Part shown: in pieces, positions 18,192 through 28,300 of the stretch
Layout of the letters: every line of letters starts with the position of its first letter
Numbering within the stretch: position 1 is the first letter of the stretch
NCBI GenBank assembly: GCA_964404925.1
Contig: CAYOLW010000001.1
Location: 222,665-269,991 of the forward strand
Source: an uncultured Candidatus Saccharibacteria bacterium
Lineage (GTDB): Bacteria; Patescibacteriota; Minisyncoccia; Phycocordibacterales; UBA9973
DNA: 47,327 bases
Direction: 5' to 3'
Position numbers and translations under genes: made by a program
The notes under the pieces: generated by a model
Database searches by the model: none
The model's input: the letters and a program-made list of their open reading frames with translations, nothing else
Told to the model about the DNA's origin: nothing

Positions 18192-18198
18192 ACGGTGC

Positions 18199-18227
18199 AT
18201 TCTAGCAGAAAATTAGCCCCTTGGCAA
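18199..18227 (-). promoter_or_regulatory. rpsB-tsf promoter
   Basis: On the minus strand: TTGCCA (18227-18222), a 17-nt spacer, then TGcTAGAAT with the -10 at 18204-18199. Confidence 0.65.
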
Positions 18228-18256
18228 CCCTTAAATAATGAGAGAAGCCTTATTTT

Positions 18257-18285
18257 TTGACCTGTTGCCGGATTTAGGGTAATAT
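18257..18285 (+). promoter_or_regulatory. proS promoter (leaderless-type)
   Basis: TTGACC (18257-18262), a 17-nt spacer, TAATAT (18280-18285), 6 nt, then ATG at 18292. Confidence 0.7.
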
Positions 18286-18291
18286 GAGGCA

Positions 18292-19545
18292 ATGCGACAA
18301 TCACAACTTTTTACTCGTACCAAAAAAGAGGCACCAGCCGATGAAGTAGCCAAAAATGCTGAATTATTGATAAGGGGCGGTTATATCTATAAAGAGATGG
18401 CAGGGGTATACGACTTCTTGCCTTTAGGCCTACGGGTTATCAAGAAAATCGAAAATATCATTCGTGAAGAAATGGATGCCATTGGTGGTATTGAAATGCG
18501 AACAGCTGCTTTGCAAAACAAAGATGTCTGGGAGACAACCAATAGGTGGAATGATGAAATAGTCGATGTTTGGTTTAAGACTAAGTTAAAAAATGGGGGA
18601 GAGGTTGGTTTATCGTTTACCAACGAGGAAGCTTTTTCGGGTATATTAAAACAATATGTTAGTTCGTATAAAGATTTACCAATATTCCCTTATGATTTTA
18701 AAAATATTTTCCGAAATGAGACCAGAAGCAAATCTGGCATGATGCGTGGTAGAGAATTCTATTGGAAGGCTTTATATTCTTTTGCTAAAGATGAGAACGA
18801 GCACAATGAATTTTACGAAAAAATAAAGCAATCCTATATCAACATATTTAAGCGAGCTGGCATTGGGCATTTGACCTACCTAACTTTTGCTTCTGGTGGT
18901 ACTTTCTCTAAATTTTCACATGAATTTCAGACACTAACCTCAGCCGGTGAAGATACCATTTACGTTGATGAAAACAAAGGTATAGCTATTAATAGCGAGG
19001 TGTATACCGATGAAGTTATGGCTGACTTGGGTGTAGAAAAAGAAAAACTAGTAGAAAAAACAGCTGTGGAGGTAGGTAACATATTTTCATTAGGTACTAA
19101 ATTCTCAAAGCCTTTTGACCTAACATACACAGACGAAAAAGGTGAAGAAAAGACTGTAATAATGGGTAGTTATGGAATTGGTCTTGGGCGCCTCATGGGT
19201 ACTATCGTTGAAGTTTTGTCTGACGACCGTGGAATTATTTGGCCAGAATCAGTTGCTCCTTTCAAGGTTCATTTGTTGGCATTAGGAGAAGACGAAACTG
19301 TCCGCGCCGAAGCAGAGAATGTTTATAAAAATCTTTTAGACAACAAAATTGAAGTATTGTTTGACGATCGATCAGAAATGTCTGCTGGAGAAAAGTTTGC
19401 TGACGCAGATCTTTTAGGTATGCCTATTCGTGTTGTTGTTTCAGCTCGAAGTTTAAAAGAACAGGGAATAGAAGTTAAAAAAAGAACCGAAGAGAAGGGT
19501 AATGTAATGTCGATTCAGGAATTTCTGAAGAATATAAATGTTTAA
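18292..19545 (+). CDS. proS: Prolyl-tRNA synthetase (compact form without the large editing insertion)
   Basis: It has class II aaRS motifs and the ProRS-like N-terminus MRQSQLFTRTKKEAPADEV..AELLIRGGYI, plus an anticodon-binding C-terminus. Confidence 0.85.
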   Translation: MRQSQLFTRTKKEAPADEVAKNAELLIRGGYIYKEMAGVYDFLPLGLRVIKKIENIIREEMDAIGGIEMRTAALQNKDVWETTNRWNDEIVDVWFKTKLKNGGEVGLSFTNEEAFSGILKQYVSSYKDLPIFPYDFKNIFRNETRSKSGMMRGREFYWKALYSFAKDENEHNEFYEKIKQSYINIFKRAGIGHLTYLTFASGGTFSKFSHEFQTLTSAGEDTIYVDENKGIAINSEVYTDEVMADLGVEKEKLVEKTAVEVGNIFSLGTKFSKPFDLTYTDEKGEEKTVIMGSYGIGLGRLMGTIVEVLSDDRGIIWPESVAPFKVHLLALGEDETVRAEAENVYKNLLDNKIEVLFDDRSEMSAGEKFADADLLGMPIRVVVSARSLKEQGIEVKKRTEEKGNVMSIQEFLKNINV

Positions 19546-20584
19546 TAAACTCTACAAATTATTTTCAAATGATATTGGGATAGATCTAGGTACAGCGAAT
19601 ACTTTAGTTTATTTAAAAGGTCACGGTATTGTGATTAATGAACCTTCCGTGGTGGCAGTAAACCAAAAAACTAACCAGATATTAGCTGTAGGTACTAAGG
19701 CCAAAGAAATGCTTGGCAGGACCCCTGGACACATTCGAGCTGTTCGCCCACTTGTGGATGGAGTCATATCAGATTTTGAAGTAACAGAAGAAATGCTTTC
19801 ATATTTAATTAACAAAGCTGATAAAATTTCCCCAAAATTCTTTCGCCCTCGAGTGGTGGTTGGTGTACCTTCCGGAACTACAAATGTTGAGACACGAGCT
19901 GTATATGATGCAGCCCGTAACGCAGGTGCTCGTGAAGTGTATTTAATTGAAGAGCCAATGGCTGCGGCTATAGGCATACGTATGCCTATTAAAGATCCAA
20001 CTGGAACAATGATTATTGATATCGGTGGTGGAACTACCGATATTGCTGTTATTTCTTTGGGTGGTATCGTTAAATCTAAAAATCTTAAGATTGCTGGAGA
20101 CAAATTGAATCACGATATATCTACCTATATGCGTGATGAATTCAAAATTCTAATCGGCGAAAAGACTGCTGAGGAGGTTAAAATAGCCATTGGTGGAGTT
20201 GTCCAGGGTGAGTACATGGAGACCGCTGTACGAGGTAGAGACTTGCTAACAGGGCTTCCAAGAGAGGTTGTGGTGACAGATGCTGATATCCGCGAAGCAA
20301 CCCAATCATCTGTTCGGGAGTTAGTTGAAGGTGTAAAAGACGTACTAGAGAGTACTCCACCAGAAATTTTGGCTGACATTATGCACCGAGGTATTACGCT
20401 CACCGGTGGTGGCGCTTTAATATTAGGGTTAGATATTCTTTTGCAGAATGCTTTAAAACTACCAGTCTATGTTGTTGATGATCCTTTGTCAGCAGTTGCT
20501 CGAGGGACTGGTATCGTACTAGACGATATAAAATATTACGAAGAAGTTCTGATTGGTAACCAAGATGAGCTACCTCCAAGATAA
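19538..20584 (+). CDS. mreB: Rod-shape protein MreB
   Basis: Actin-fold motifs are present: IGIDLGTANTLV, VVGVPSGTTNVE, IDIGGGTTDIAV, LTGGGALI. Confidence 0.95.
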   Translation: MFNKLYKLFSNDIGIDLGTANTLVYLKGHGIVINEPSVVAVNQKTNQILAVGTKAKEMLGRTPGHIRAVRPLVDGVISDFEVTEEMLSYLINKADKISPKFFRPRVVVGVPSGTTNVETRAVYDAARNAGAREVYLIEEPMAAAIGIRMPIKDPTGTMIIDIGGGTTDIAVISLGGIVKSKNLKIAGDKLNHDISTYMRDEFKILIGEKTAEEVKIAIGGVVQGEYMETAVRGRDLLTGLPREVVVTDADIREATQSSVRELVEGVKDVLESTPPEILADIMHRGITLTGGGALILGLDILLQNALKLPVYVVDDPLSAVARGTGIVLDDIKYYEEVLIGNQDELPPR

Positions 20585-21365
20585 AAAAAACAAGAACAAG
20601 AAAAAAATACGCTTCACGTTAATAATTATTATAGCGGGAGCCTTTTTATATTTTAGTGGATCTATCTTTAATCTTCTTTCTCCTGGGACAGGTAGAGTGT
20701 TTTCTTCGGTTATGGGGCTCAGTACAAGAATAAAAAACAATATACATAATATATCTGCTTATTTTGTTAGTAAAAATTCGCTATTAAGCGAAAATGATTC
20801 TTTGAAAAATACTATTAGAGATAATGAAGCACGCATGGCTAACTACGAGGCGCTTTTTAATGAAAATGAAAAATTAAAAGAAATTTTATTACGTAAACAT
20901 GGTGAGCAGGCAATGCTTTTAGCAGGGATAATCAGTAGTCCTAACCAATCCCCATATGATACTTTAGTTATTGATGCTGGAGAATCTAACGGCATAAAAG
21001 TGGGGGATAAAGTTTTCGCTTATGGTGATATACCAATTGGTGTTGTGTCAGAAGTTATAAAGAATTCTGCAAAGGTCAGACTTTTCTCAACTTCAGGAGA
21101 ACATTTAACTGCCGTTTTAGCTGGTAGTGATACTTTTGTAGAATTGATTGGACGGGGTCGTGGGAATTTTGAAGCTATTCTACCTAGAGATTTTGAACTA
21201 GCAGAAGGAACCTTAGCACTTCTGCCGGGAGTAAATCCATATACAGTAGCTGAAGTTTCTTCTGTTATTTCTGATCCTCGTGATTCGTATAAAAAAGCAT
21301 TACTAAAAAGCCCTATTAATATTTTTGAATTAAAGTTCGTAGAAATATCTTTAGATGGAATTTAA
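20553..21365 (+). CDS. mreC: Rod-shape protein MreC
   Basis: It has an N-terminal TM, a coiled-coil and a beta-rich C-terminus, and lies directly after mreB. The start is uncertain (20553 or the ATG at 20565). Confidence 0.7.
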   Translation: MVTKMSYLQDKKNKNKKKIRFTLIIIIAGAFLYFSGSIFNLLSPGTGRVFSSVMGLSTRIKNNIHNISAYFVSKNSLLSENDSLKNTIRDNEARMANYEALFNENEKLKEILLRKHGEQAMLLAGIISSPNQSPYDTLVIDAGESNGIKVGDKVFAYGDIPIGVVSEVIKNSAKVRLFSTSGEHLTAVLAGSDTFVELIGRGRGNFEAILPRDFELAEGTLALLPGVNPYTVAEVSSVISDPRDSYKKALLKSPINIFELKFVEISLDGI

Positions 21366-22650
21366 AATTACAAAAAAATTAGATGGTCATTTGGGTAGAG
21401 CAGGAGTTGTCAGTACTCCACACGGAGAAATATTAACTCCGGCTTTTGTGGCGGTTGGGACAAAGGCGACAGTTAAATCTTTAAATCCAGATCAGGTTAA
21501 GGACGCCGGAACACAGGTGGTGCTTGGTAATACCTACCATTTATATTTGCAACCAGGGGACGAGATAGTGCGTGCTGCCGGTGGTATTGGTAAATTTATG
21601 AACTGGAGTGGTCCCACGATGACTGACTCGGGAGGTTTTCAAGTTTTTTCATTAGGTGCTGCATATGGTAAAGATATTTCCAAAATAGTTAAGATCACAG
21701 ATCCGTCACTTTTAATACCAGAGAGATTTGATGATTCTGATGCCCCCCGACTCGCAAAGATTGGACAGGATGGAGTTTCTTTTAAATCACACCTAGATGG
21801 AAGTATTCACTATATAACACCAGAGAAATCAATTGAGATTCAGCACAATCTGGGCGCGGATATGATATTTGCTTTTGACGAGTGCACTTCTCCGACAGAA
21901 GATTTGAAATATCAAAATGAGGCATTAGACCGCACCCATGCTTGGGCTAAGCGTAGTTTAAAAAGACACTTGGAACTCGAAGCACAGAAACAAGCTAGTC
22001 CTCAGGTCCTCGGATCTCCTTCGCCTACGGCTCGGCCAGACCGTTCGCCCCAGCTTGCTTCTGCGCTTCCTCAAGCGCTTTTCGGGATCGTGCAAGGCGG
22101 GCGGGAAGAAGAATTAAGGAAAAAATCTGCCCAGATTATTTCTGAAATGAATGTTGATGGAGTAGGATTTGATGGTTTTGGTATTGGAGGCTCATTTGCC
22201 AAGGAAGACATGTCTACTGCCGTTAAGTGGGTAAATGAAATTTTACCAGAAGAGAAGCCTCGACACCTTTTGGGTATTGGTGAACCAGAAGACTTATTTA
22301 TGGGGGTAGAAAACGGTGTTGATTTGTTTGATTGTGTGACACCTACCCGACTAGGCCGCAACGGCACACTTTATACCAAAGATGGTAAATTAATCATATT
22401 AAATGCCGAATTCAAAACTGATCATAGGCCTATTGAAAACGATTGTCCTTGCTATACCTGTACTAACTATACTAGGGCATATATAGCACATCTTTTCCGA
22501 GGTAAGGAAATGTTGGCTGGAACTTTGGCTTCTATTCATAATCTTCACTTCTTGGTTCATTTAGTGGCCGATATGAGGGAGTCTATCCTTAACGGTGGCT
22601 TTGAGAGTTTCAAGAACGGGTTCTTGGCCAGATATAATAAGAATATTTAA
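21355..22650 (+). CDS. tgt: Queuine tRNA-ribosyltransferase, carrying an in-frame ~30-codon insertion
   Basis: Motifs include VLGNTYHLYLQPG, TDSGGFQVFSL, MIFAFDECT, ALFGIVQGG and the Zn site CPCYTCTNYTRAYIAHL. Confidence 0.93.
   Translation: MEFKITKKLDGHLGRAGVVSTPHGEILTPAFVAVGTKATVKSLNPDQVKDAGTQVVLGNTYHLYLQPGDEIVRAAGGIGKFMNWSGPTMTDSGGFQVFSLGAAYGKDISKIVKITDPSLLIPERFDDSDAPRLAKIGQDGVSFKSHLDGSIHYITPEKSIEIQHNLGADMIFAFDECTSPTEDLKYQNEALDRTHAWAKRSLKRHLELEAQKQASPQVLGSPSPTARPDRSPQLASALPQALFGIVQGGREEELRKKSAQIISEMNVDGVGFDGFGIGGSFAKEDMSTAVKWVNEILPEEKPRHLLGIGEPEDLFMGVENGVDLFDCVTPTRLGRNGTLYTKDGKLIILNAEFKTDHRPIENDCPCYTCTNYTRAYIAHLFRGKEMLAGTLASIHNLHFLVHLVADMRESILNGGFESFKNGFLARYNKNI
21979..22069 (+). repeat. 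91-nt GC-rich stem-loop element inserted in tgt (copy 2)
   Basis: The 18-bp arms GAAGCACAGAAACAAGCT (21979-21996) and AGCTTGCTTCTGCGCTTC (22052-22069) pair at 16/18 positions, with two A-C mismatches. The core at 22002-22020 and 22031-22046 is identical to the trmD copy. It lies in the segment between WAKRS... and ALFGIVQGG that is short in E. coli Tgt. Confidence 0.8.
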
Positions 22651-22697
22651 CAGGTATTGCATATTTTTGTCAAATCTGTATAATTTCAATTATTGAA

Positions 22698-24092
22698 ATG
22701 AGCAAGTCCGGAAAGAAAAAGCCAAAGAAGAATTTCCGAAAATTTTGGAAGCTTGGCGTCGATGAATGGAACACCGGAATTTTTGACGTCTCTAAACAAG
22801 GCAATCTTGTGATTAATGAAGGTCATCATGTCTATGACGTTGATGATTTAGTGCGTAAATTTGGTTCTCCACTCCAAATTATATTACCCTTTGTTATTGA
22901 GGACAGAGTTAAAGACTTAATTGGATATTTCCAAGCTTATATGAAGATATACGGATACAAGGGTAAATTCCATTACCATTATCCGATGAAGGCTAACCAA
23001 AACAAAGAATTTGTATTACCCATACTATCAGAAGGTGCTAACCTTGAGACCTCTTCAGCTAATGAATTGTGGATTGTAAAAAAGATTTGGGAAAACGGAA
23101 AGTTCAATGAAAGAATCCGAGTTTTTTGTAATGGTGCAAAAACAGAAGCATATCTAGATTTGATTGAAGAATTGCGGGGTAAAGGAATGAACGTTGTACC
23201 GATAATCGAGAGCATGGAAGAAGTGGATCGTTTATCTAAATACAAAGGTGATGTTGGAGTGCGAGTAGATATAGCTTATCGGGCAGATACTCATTGGGAC
23301 AAGAAATTTGATCGTTTTGGACTCTCTGAGCGTGAGGTGCTTGAGCTGCCAAAAATGAAGAACCTCAAGATTATGCATTATCATATGGGATCTCAGATAA
23401 AAACCCAAAAGAGTATTTTGGGTGGGGTTAAATACGCTTTTGGTATTTATACAAGACTACAGAAAAAGCAGCCAACTGTTGACACTTTGAATATCGGTAG
23501 TGGTTTTGGATTACCTTATGAGAAAAAGCAGTACTACACCGCGAAGGTTGTTTCAAGTAAAATCATTAAACTTTTAAAGAACCTTGCTGATAAAGCTGAA
23601 ATCAAACACCCAAACCTAGCAATCGAGTGGGGTCAATACATCGTTGCCCCGTCCCAAGTTACTGTCTATAAAATAATCTCTGAGAAGAAAATAGAGAAGG
23701 CAAACGCTAAAGCCTGGTATATTATTGATGGTAGCTTTATGAATGATCTGAAAGATACTTGGGCTATTCATCAGAAGTGGCACATTATACCGGCTAATAA
23801 CATGACTGGTTCATGCCAGAGTGTGTGGCTGGCTGGTACTACCTGTGACTCAGATGATAAATACACCGCTGGTGGGGAATATGTACTTTTACCTAAAATG
23901 GTAGAAGGTAAAGACCAATACATCGCTGTGCTTGATACCGGTGCTTACCAGGACCCAATGTCTTCTCATCATTGTCTACTTGCTCTGCCTATGAAGGTAT
24001 CTGTTGCTGATGGAATAGTAAAAATAGTTCGTAAGCGTGAGACCCCAGAAATCATTGCCAAGAAATTTGGCTGGAATGGGGATACTAAATAA
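22698..24092 (+). CDS. PLP-dependent decarboxylase, biosynthetic arginine decarboxylase (SpeA)-like, short form
   Basis: YPMKANQNKEFV (PLP-Lys context) and HYHMGSQI match the SpeA/Orn-DAP-Arg decarboxylase family. The promoter is TTGCAT-N16-TGTATAAT at 22657-22684. Confidence 0.7.
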   Translation: MSKSGKKKPKKNFRKFWKLGVDEWNTGIFDVSKQGNLVINEGHHVYDVDDLVRKFGSPLQIILPFVIEDRVKDLIGYFQAYMKIYGYKGKFHYHYPMKANQNKEFVLPILSEGANLETSSANELWIVKKIWENGKFNERIRVFCNGAKTEAYLDLIEELRGKGMNVVPIIESMEEVDRLSKYKGDVGVRVDIAYRADTHWDKKFDRFGLSEREVLELPKMKNLKIMHYHMGSQIKTQKSILGGVKYAFGIYTRLQKKQPTVDTLNIGSGFGLPYEKKQYYTAKVVSSKIIKLLKNLADKAEIKHPNLAIEWGQYIVAPSQVTVYKIISEKKIEKANAKAWYIIDGSFMNDLKDTWAIHQKWHIIPANNMTGSCQSVWLAGTTCDSDDKYTAGGEYVLLPKMVEGKDQYIAVLDTGAYQDPMSSHHCLLALPMKVSVADGIVKIVRKRETPEIIAKKFGWNGDTK

Positions 24093-24106
24093 GCTACAAT
24101 TATAAA

Positions 24107-24568
24107 ATGAAATATTTCGATTGGTTTTTAGTCCTTGTTTTTATAGGACTTTTAATTTTTCTAGCCTTAGGTCGGCGGGGAAACATAGCAGCCAATATTG
24201 GTAGTACTAAATACCTGGCTTTAGGTGATACTAAAATAAGTGTTGAACTTGCTATAAACAATGAAGCAAAAGCAAAAGGCCTCTCGGGAAGAGAGACCTT
24301 GAGAGAGGAAACCGGTATGCTTTTTATTTTTGATTATCCTTCTATTCATCCATTTTGGATGAAAGACATGAATTTCCCAATTGATATGATTTGGATCGAT
24401 GAGAACGGGATAATCGTCTACATTGAACCGAGTGCCAAACCAGAATCATTCCCAGGACTTTTTGGCAGTAATATTGAATCTAAATACGTGCTAGAAGTCG
24501 TTGCTGGATTCTCAGAAAAACATCAATTGAAAATTGGGGACAGAGTGACCTTCTTAGACTCTAACTAG
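24107..24568 (+). CDS. DUF192-family protein
   Basis: It has an N-terminal TM and GMLFIFD...FWMKDMNFPIDMIWID, typical of DUF192. TACAAT lies 6 nt upstream of the ATG. Confidence 0.7.
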   Translation: MKYFDWFLVLVFIGLLIFLALGRRGNIAANIGSTKYLALGDTKISVELAINNEAKAKGLSGRETLREETGMLFIFDYPSIHPFWMKDMNFPIDMIWIDENGIIVYIEPSAKPESFPGLFGSNIESKYVLEVVAGFSEKHQLKIGDRVTFLDSN

Positions 24569-25282
24569 TCTGCGAGCTAGAACCAATATCGCAAGCACAA
24601 GGATCAAAAGTAGTAACCAGCCAAAGAAAGTATTTGGCAAGAAGCTACCAGTGCCGAGCACAGAGGCTGCTGCCAATGTGCTTTTTTGTGTTTGAGTAGA
24701 AGTCACTATTCCTGTTTTTACAGGCACTGTGTTTACTGGTTGGTAAGCCACAGTATTATTTATTGGTTGGTAAGCTACAGCTCCAGTTACAGGCTGGTAT
24801 GTTGTAACAGGCTTATATGTTGTTACAGGCTGGTAGGTGGTTACAGCTTGGTAGGTTGTTATTGGCTGGTATGAAACCTGATTTGTGTTTACATAACTTG
24901 TAGTATTAACTGTATTATAGTTTGTGTATACAGTGTCTGTACCACTAGTAAATGAAAGTATCTGTGCTCGGTATGTGTTGTAGCCGTTGTTTGTGACAAC
25001 TCGGAAGTAATACACAGTGTTTGGCATCACATCATTTATAACTTGGGAAAAAGATCTTGAACTATTGTATGAACCAATAGATTCATGCTTAGTTTCCATA
25101 TAGTTACTCAAGTTTGAATCAGTTCCGTATTCAAACCATGCTGTAGCCGGTGCTCCACCTGGATTTACTGTTGCGTTTAATACTGCTGTTGTTGGGCTAG
25201 TTTGTGCGAATGCATTTACTCCAAAGAATAATGCCACTGCAACCACTGACCCGGTTATTATTTTTTTCATGATTGTTTTCAT
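24554..25282 (-). CDS. Secreted Fn3-like surface protein with a YQPVTT hexapeptide stalk and an LPNT-type C-terminal anchor
   Basis: From N- to C-terminus it has a signal peptide, a WFEYGTDSNL...YYFRVV Fn3-like domain, 18-nt tandem repeats (about 24733-24873), then FLPNTFFGW plus a hydrophobic helix plus RRLVRV. Confidence 0.75.
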   Translation of the reverse strand: MKTIMKKIITGSVVAVALFFGVNAFAQTSPTTAVLNATVNPGGAPATAWFEYGTDSNLSNYMETKHESIGSYNSSRSFSQVINDVMPNTVYYFRVVTNNGYNTYRAQILSFTSGTDTVYTNYNTVNTTSYVNTNQVSYQPITTYQAVTTYQPVTTYKPVTTYQPVTGAVAYQPINNTVAYQPVNTVPVKTGIVTSTQTQKSTLAAASVLGTGSFLPNTFFGWLLLLILVLAILVLARRLVRV

Positions 25283-25306
25283 TTTGCTTTTAATTAATTT
25301 AATAAC

Positions 25307-28300
25307 TTAGTGTGCTCCGTGGTCTCCGTGGGCATCATGTCCATGGCCGTGTCTTGGTGCATACATTGTTCTGATAAGTAATGCGACCGCTAGTATTATC
25401 AATATGATGATAATCCAGCCGATTAAAGTGTTTGGTAGGAAACCACTACCGAATATTGCTGCACCTGTAAGTCCGATACCGGCTACTGCACCAGCAATAG
25501 TGTTTCGAGAGTAAGCGAATACTTCTTCTTGGCTTCCATTTGATACTACTGTATATGCAAGGTTACCTGTGATAGCAATAACTGTACCAGTTTCTTTACT
25601 GTTTACTAATACGCGTACTGTAACTGCACCTTCTTCACCTGGGTATAGGCTAGGGATGTTAGCTACTAATGTTTTTGTTTCTGCGTTGTAGTCACCTAAT
25701 GTTGCACCAACATATTCGAATTCGCCAGGCAACATGACTTGTAGAACTATGTCTCGGAGGTTCTCAGCGGATACGTTCTTGTAGAAGAATGTGTATTCTA
25801 CTTCACTGCCGGCTGATACTGCTTCGTTATTGTGATCAACGGTTAGGTATACAAGAGAAGCTTTAGATGTACCAACACCTTCTACTTGGCCAACGTTAGT
25901 AACTGAAACTACATTTCTGTCTACTTGACTACCTTGAGTAACAGCTGTTGTTCGTGGATTATTGTTCACGATTACAGTATTACCCCTTGTAGTGAAATTT
26001 CTTATTTCACCTCGTGCTGTTCCGTACTGGTTGGTAACAACTGCTCGGAAGTAGTAGGTGGTGTTTGGTTGTAGTGTGAACAAGCTTGCATAGAAAGGAT
26101 TGGAAACTGCACTACCGATGAATGCATTGTTGGTAATGTTACCAAGTGCTGTAGTTGTACCCCATTCAAAGTATCCATTGGTTGCAACATTGCCACCAGA
26201 AAGTAGTCCAAGTCCGTTTAGACGAGCGCTGTTTTGGTCTACGTTAGTTGCAAGTGTTGTAACAGCTGTTGGTGCACAATTGATACCGAATCCGCAAGTG
26301 TTTGGATTTATTAAGTTACCAGTGGTTGTAAAGCTTGAGATGTTACCGTAGATGTTTCCAGAATTTCCATTGGCTACTGCTCGGAAGTAGTAGGTGGTGT
26401 TAGGCTGTAGACCTGAAACAAATTCAGAGAAGTTTCCAGAGTAACTTTGGTATTGATGATTGGTGGAATTGTAGAGTGCGCCGGAAGAAGTGCCCCATTC
26501 GAACCATCGCTGTGTGCTATTACCATTTGTGTTTACATATCCATTTAGGGTTGCACTGTTTTGGGTTACATTGGTTGCAAAGTAAGTAGTAACACTTGGG
26601 TTGTTTTGCTGTACGTTTTCTACATAGATCGTTACAGAATCAGAATTTGAATTTGAACCATTGTAGCAGGTGATAGTGTAAGTAGTGTTGTTGTATAGGT
26701 TGCCAGTAGATACATTGCCAGTTAGGTTCTTGGTTCCAGCCCATCCGTTAGCCCCACCGTTTGCAGTACATGAGGTTGCGTTAGTTGAACTCCAGAATAC
26801 ATATGTAGAATCACCGTAGTTAAGTGTAGTGTCGTTTGCATTGATGTCTACTGTTGGTGTTGGAGTATTGCCAACTTTTACAGTTACAGAAGCTGCAGCT
26901 GATGTACCGTATTGGTTAGAACAGGTGATTGTGTAAGTCGTGTCTGCATATAGGTGTCCGGTCCAGAATGAATCACTGTAGTGATATTTGCTACCAGCCC
27001 AGCCGTTAGTGCCACCTGTGCCTAAGCAAGAAGTTGCATTAACTGGGTACCAGTATATTTCTGTGCCTTCACCATAAGGAATACTTGCAGGTATTGCCTT
27101 GATAGTAACAGTCGGAGGGTCGCCTGCTGGAGGCTGTGAGCCCACAGCTACAGATATGGTTTTAGAATCAAATCCACCTGGGCCTGTGCAGTAGAGGTTA
27201 AAGTAAGTTGGGTTAGAAGTTAAGTTGTTGACCACTTGTGAGCCACCGGTAGCTGATACAGATCCAGTCCATGATGTAGATGGAGTTGAGTTAGCAGTAC
27301 ATAATGTTGCACCGGTTACAGACCAAGTGACAGTTGTCGATCCGTTATAAGAAACAGATACAGGGTTAGCTGAAAGGTTGGTGATAAGCACATTTGCGGG
27401 CGGAGCCTGGGTTACAGTTACAGTGGCTGTGTCTGAAGCAGATCCACCAGGACCAGTACAGGTAAGTGTATATGTAGTATTTGATGTAGGGGATACAACT
27501 TGTGATCCACCGTTTGCATTTTTATTACCACTCCATCCATTAGAAGCCACACATGATGTTGCGTTTGATACAGACCAAGTAAGAGTTGAACTCTGACCTG
27601 TTTGGATAGAACTTGGGTTAGCTGTTAGGTTAACTGTTGGGGCGTTTTGCTGAGGCCAGGTACAGTTTGGTGGTACACCGATCATGCCCGGTGGGCAAGT
27701 CTGAGGTGGAGGGGTAGTGACAGAAACAGTAGTAGAGTCAGAAACTCCGTTACAGGTTAAAGTATAGGTTGTTGTTTGAGTAGGGAATACAGTTACTGGT
27801 CCACCGTTCCAAGCCTTAGATCCAGACCACTGTGATGTGGCAGGGAAAGCAGTTGCAGTACACATACCATTCCATCCGGTTACAGTCCAGGAGAGAGTTG
27901 AACCTTGTCCAGATTGAATGCTTTGAGGGTTAGCCCAAAGAGCCACAGTTGTTTGCTGTTGTTGCTGTTCTGTAGTAAAAGAAGTCCAAGGAAAACTTGA
28001 GGTTGTTCCATCAGAATTCTGAGCAACAGCCCGGAAAGTGTGGTTACTTCCAGGTGCTAGATTATTCAATGTGTATGAGTATGGAACATCACCATTACCA
28101 CCACCGAGGCTAGTTGTGCCATAGTGGGTACTTCCATTATCAACTTCAAACCAAGCAGTTGTTGCCAACCCATTTGGATTGAAGGTACCATTCAGTGTAG
28201 CTGATGTTTGAGTAATATTTGTTGCAACAGCACTACCTAATTCAAAAGAAGGAGTGAAGGCAAAAGCATAATTAGCTCCGAGCAAGAATGCCCCGAGAAC

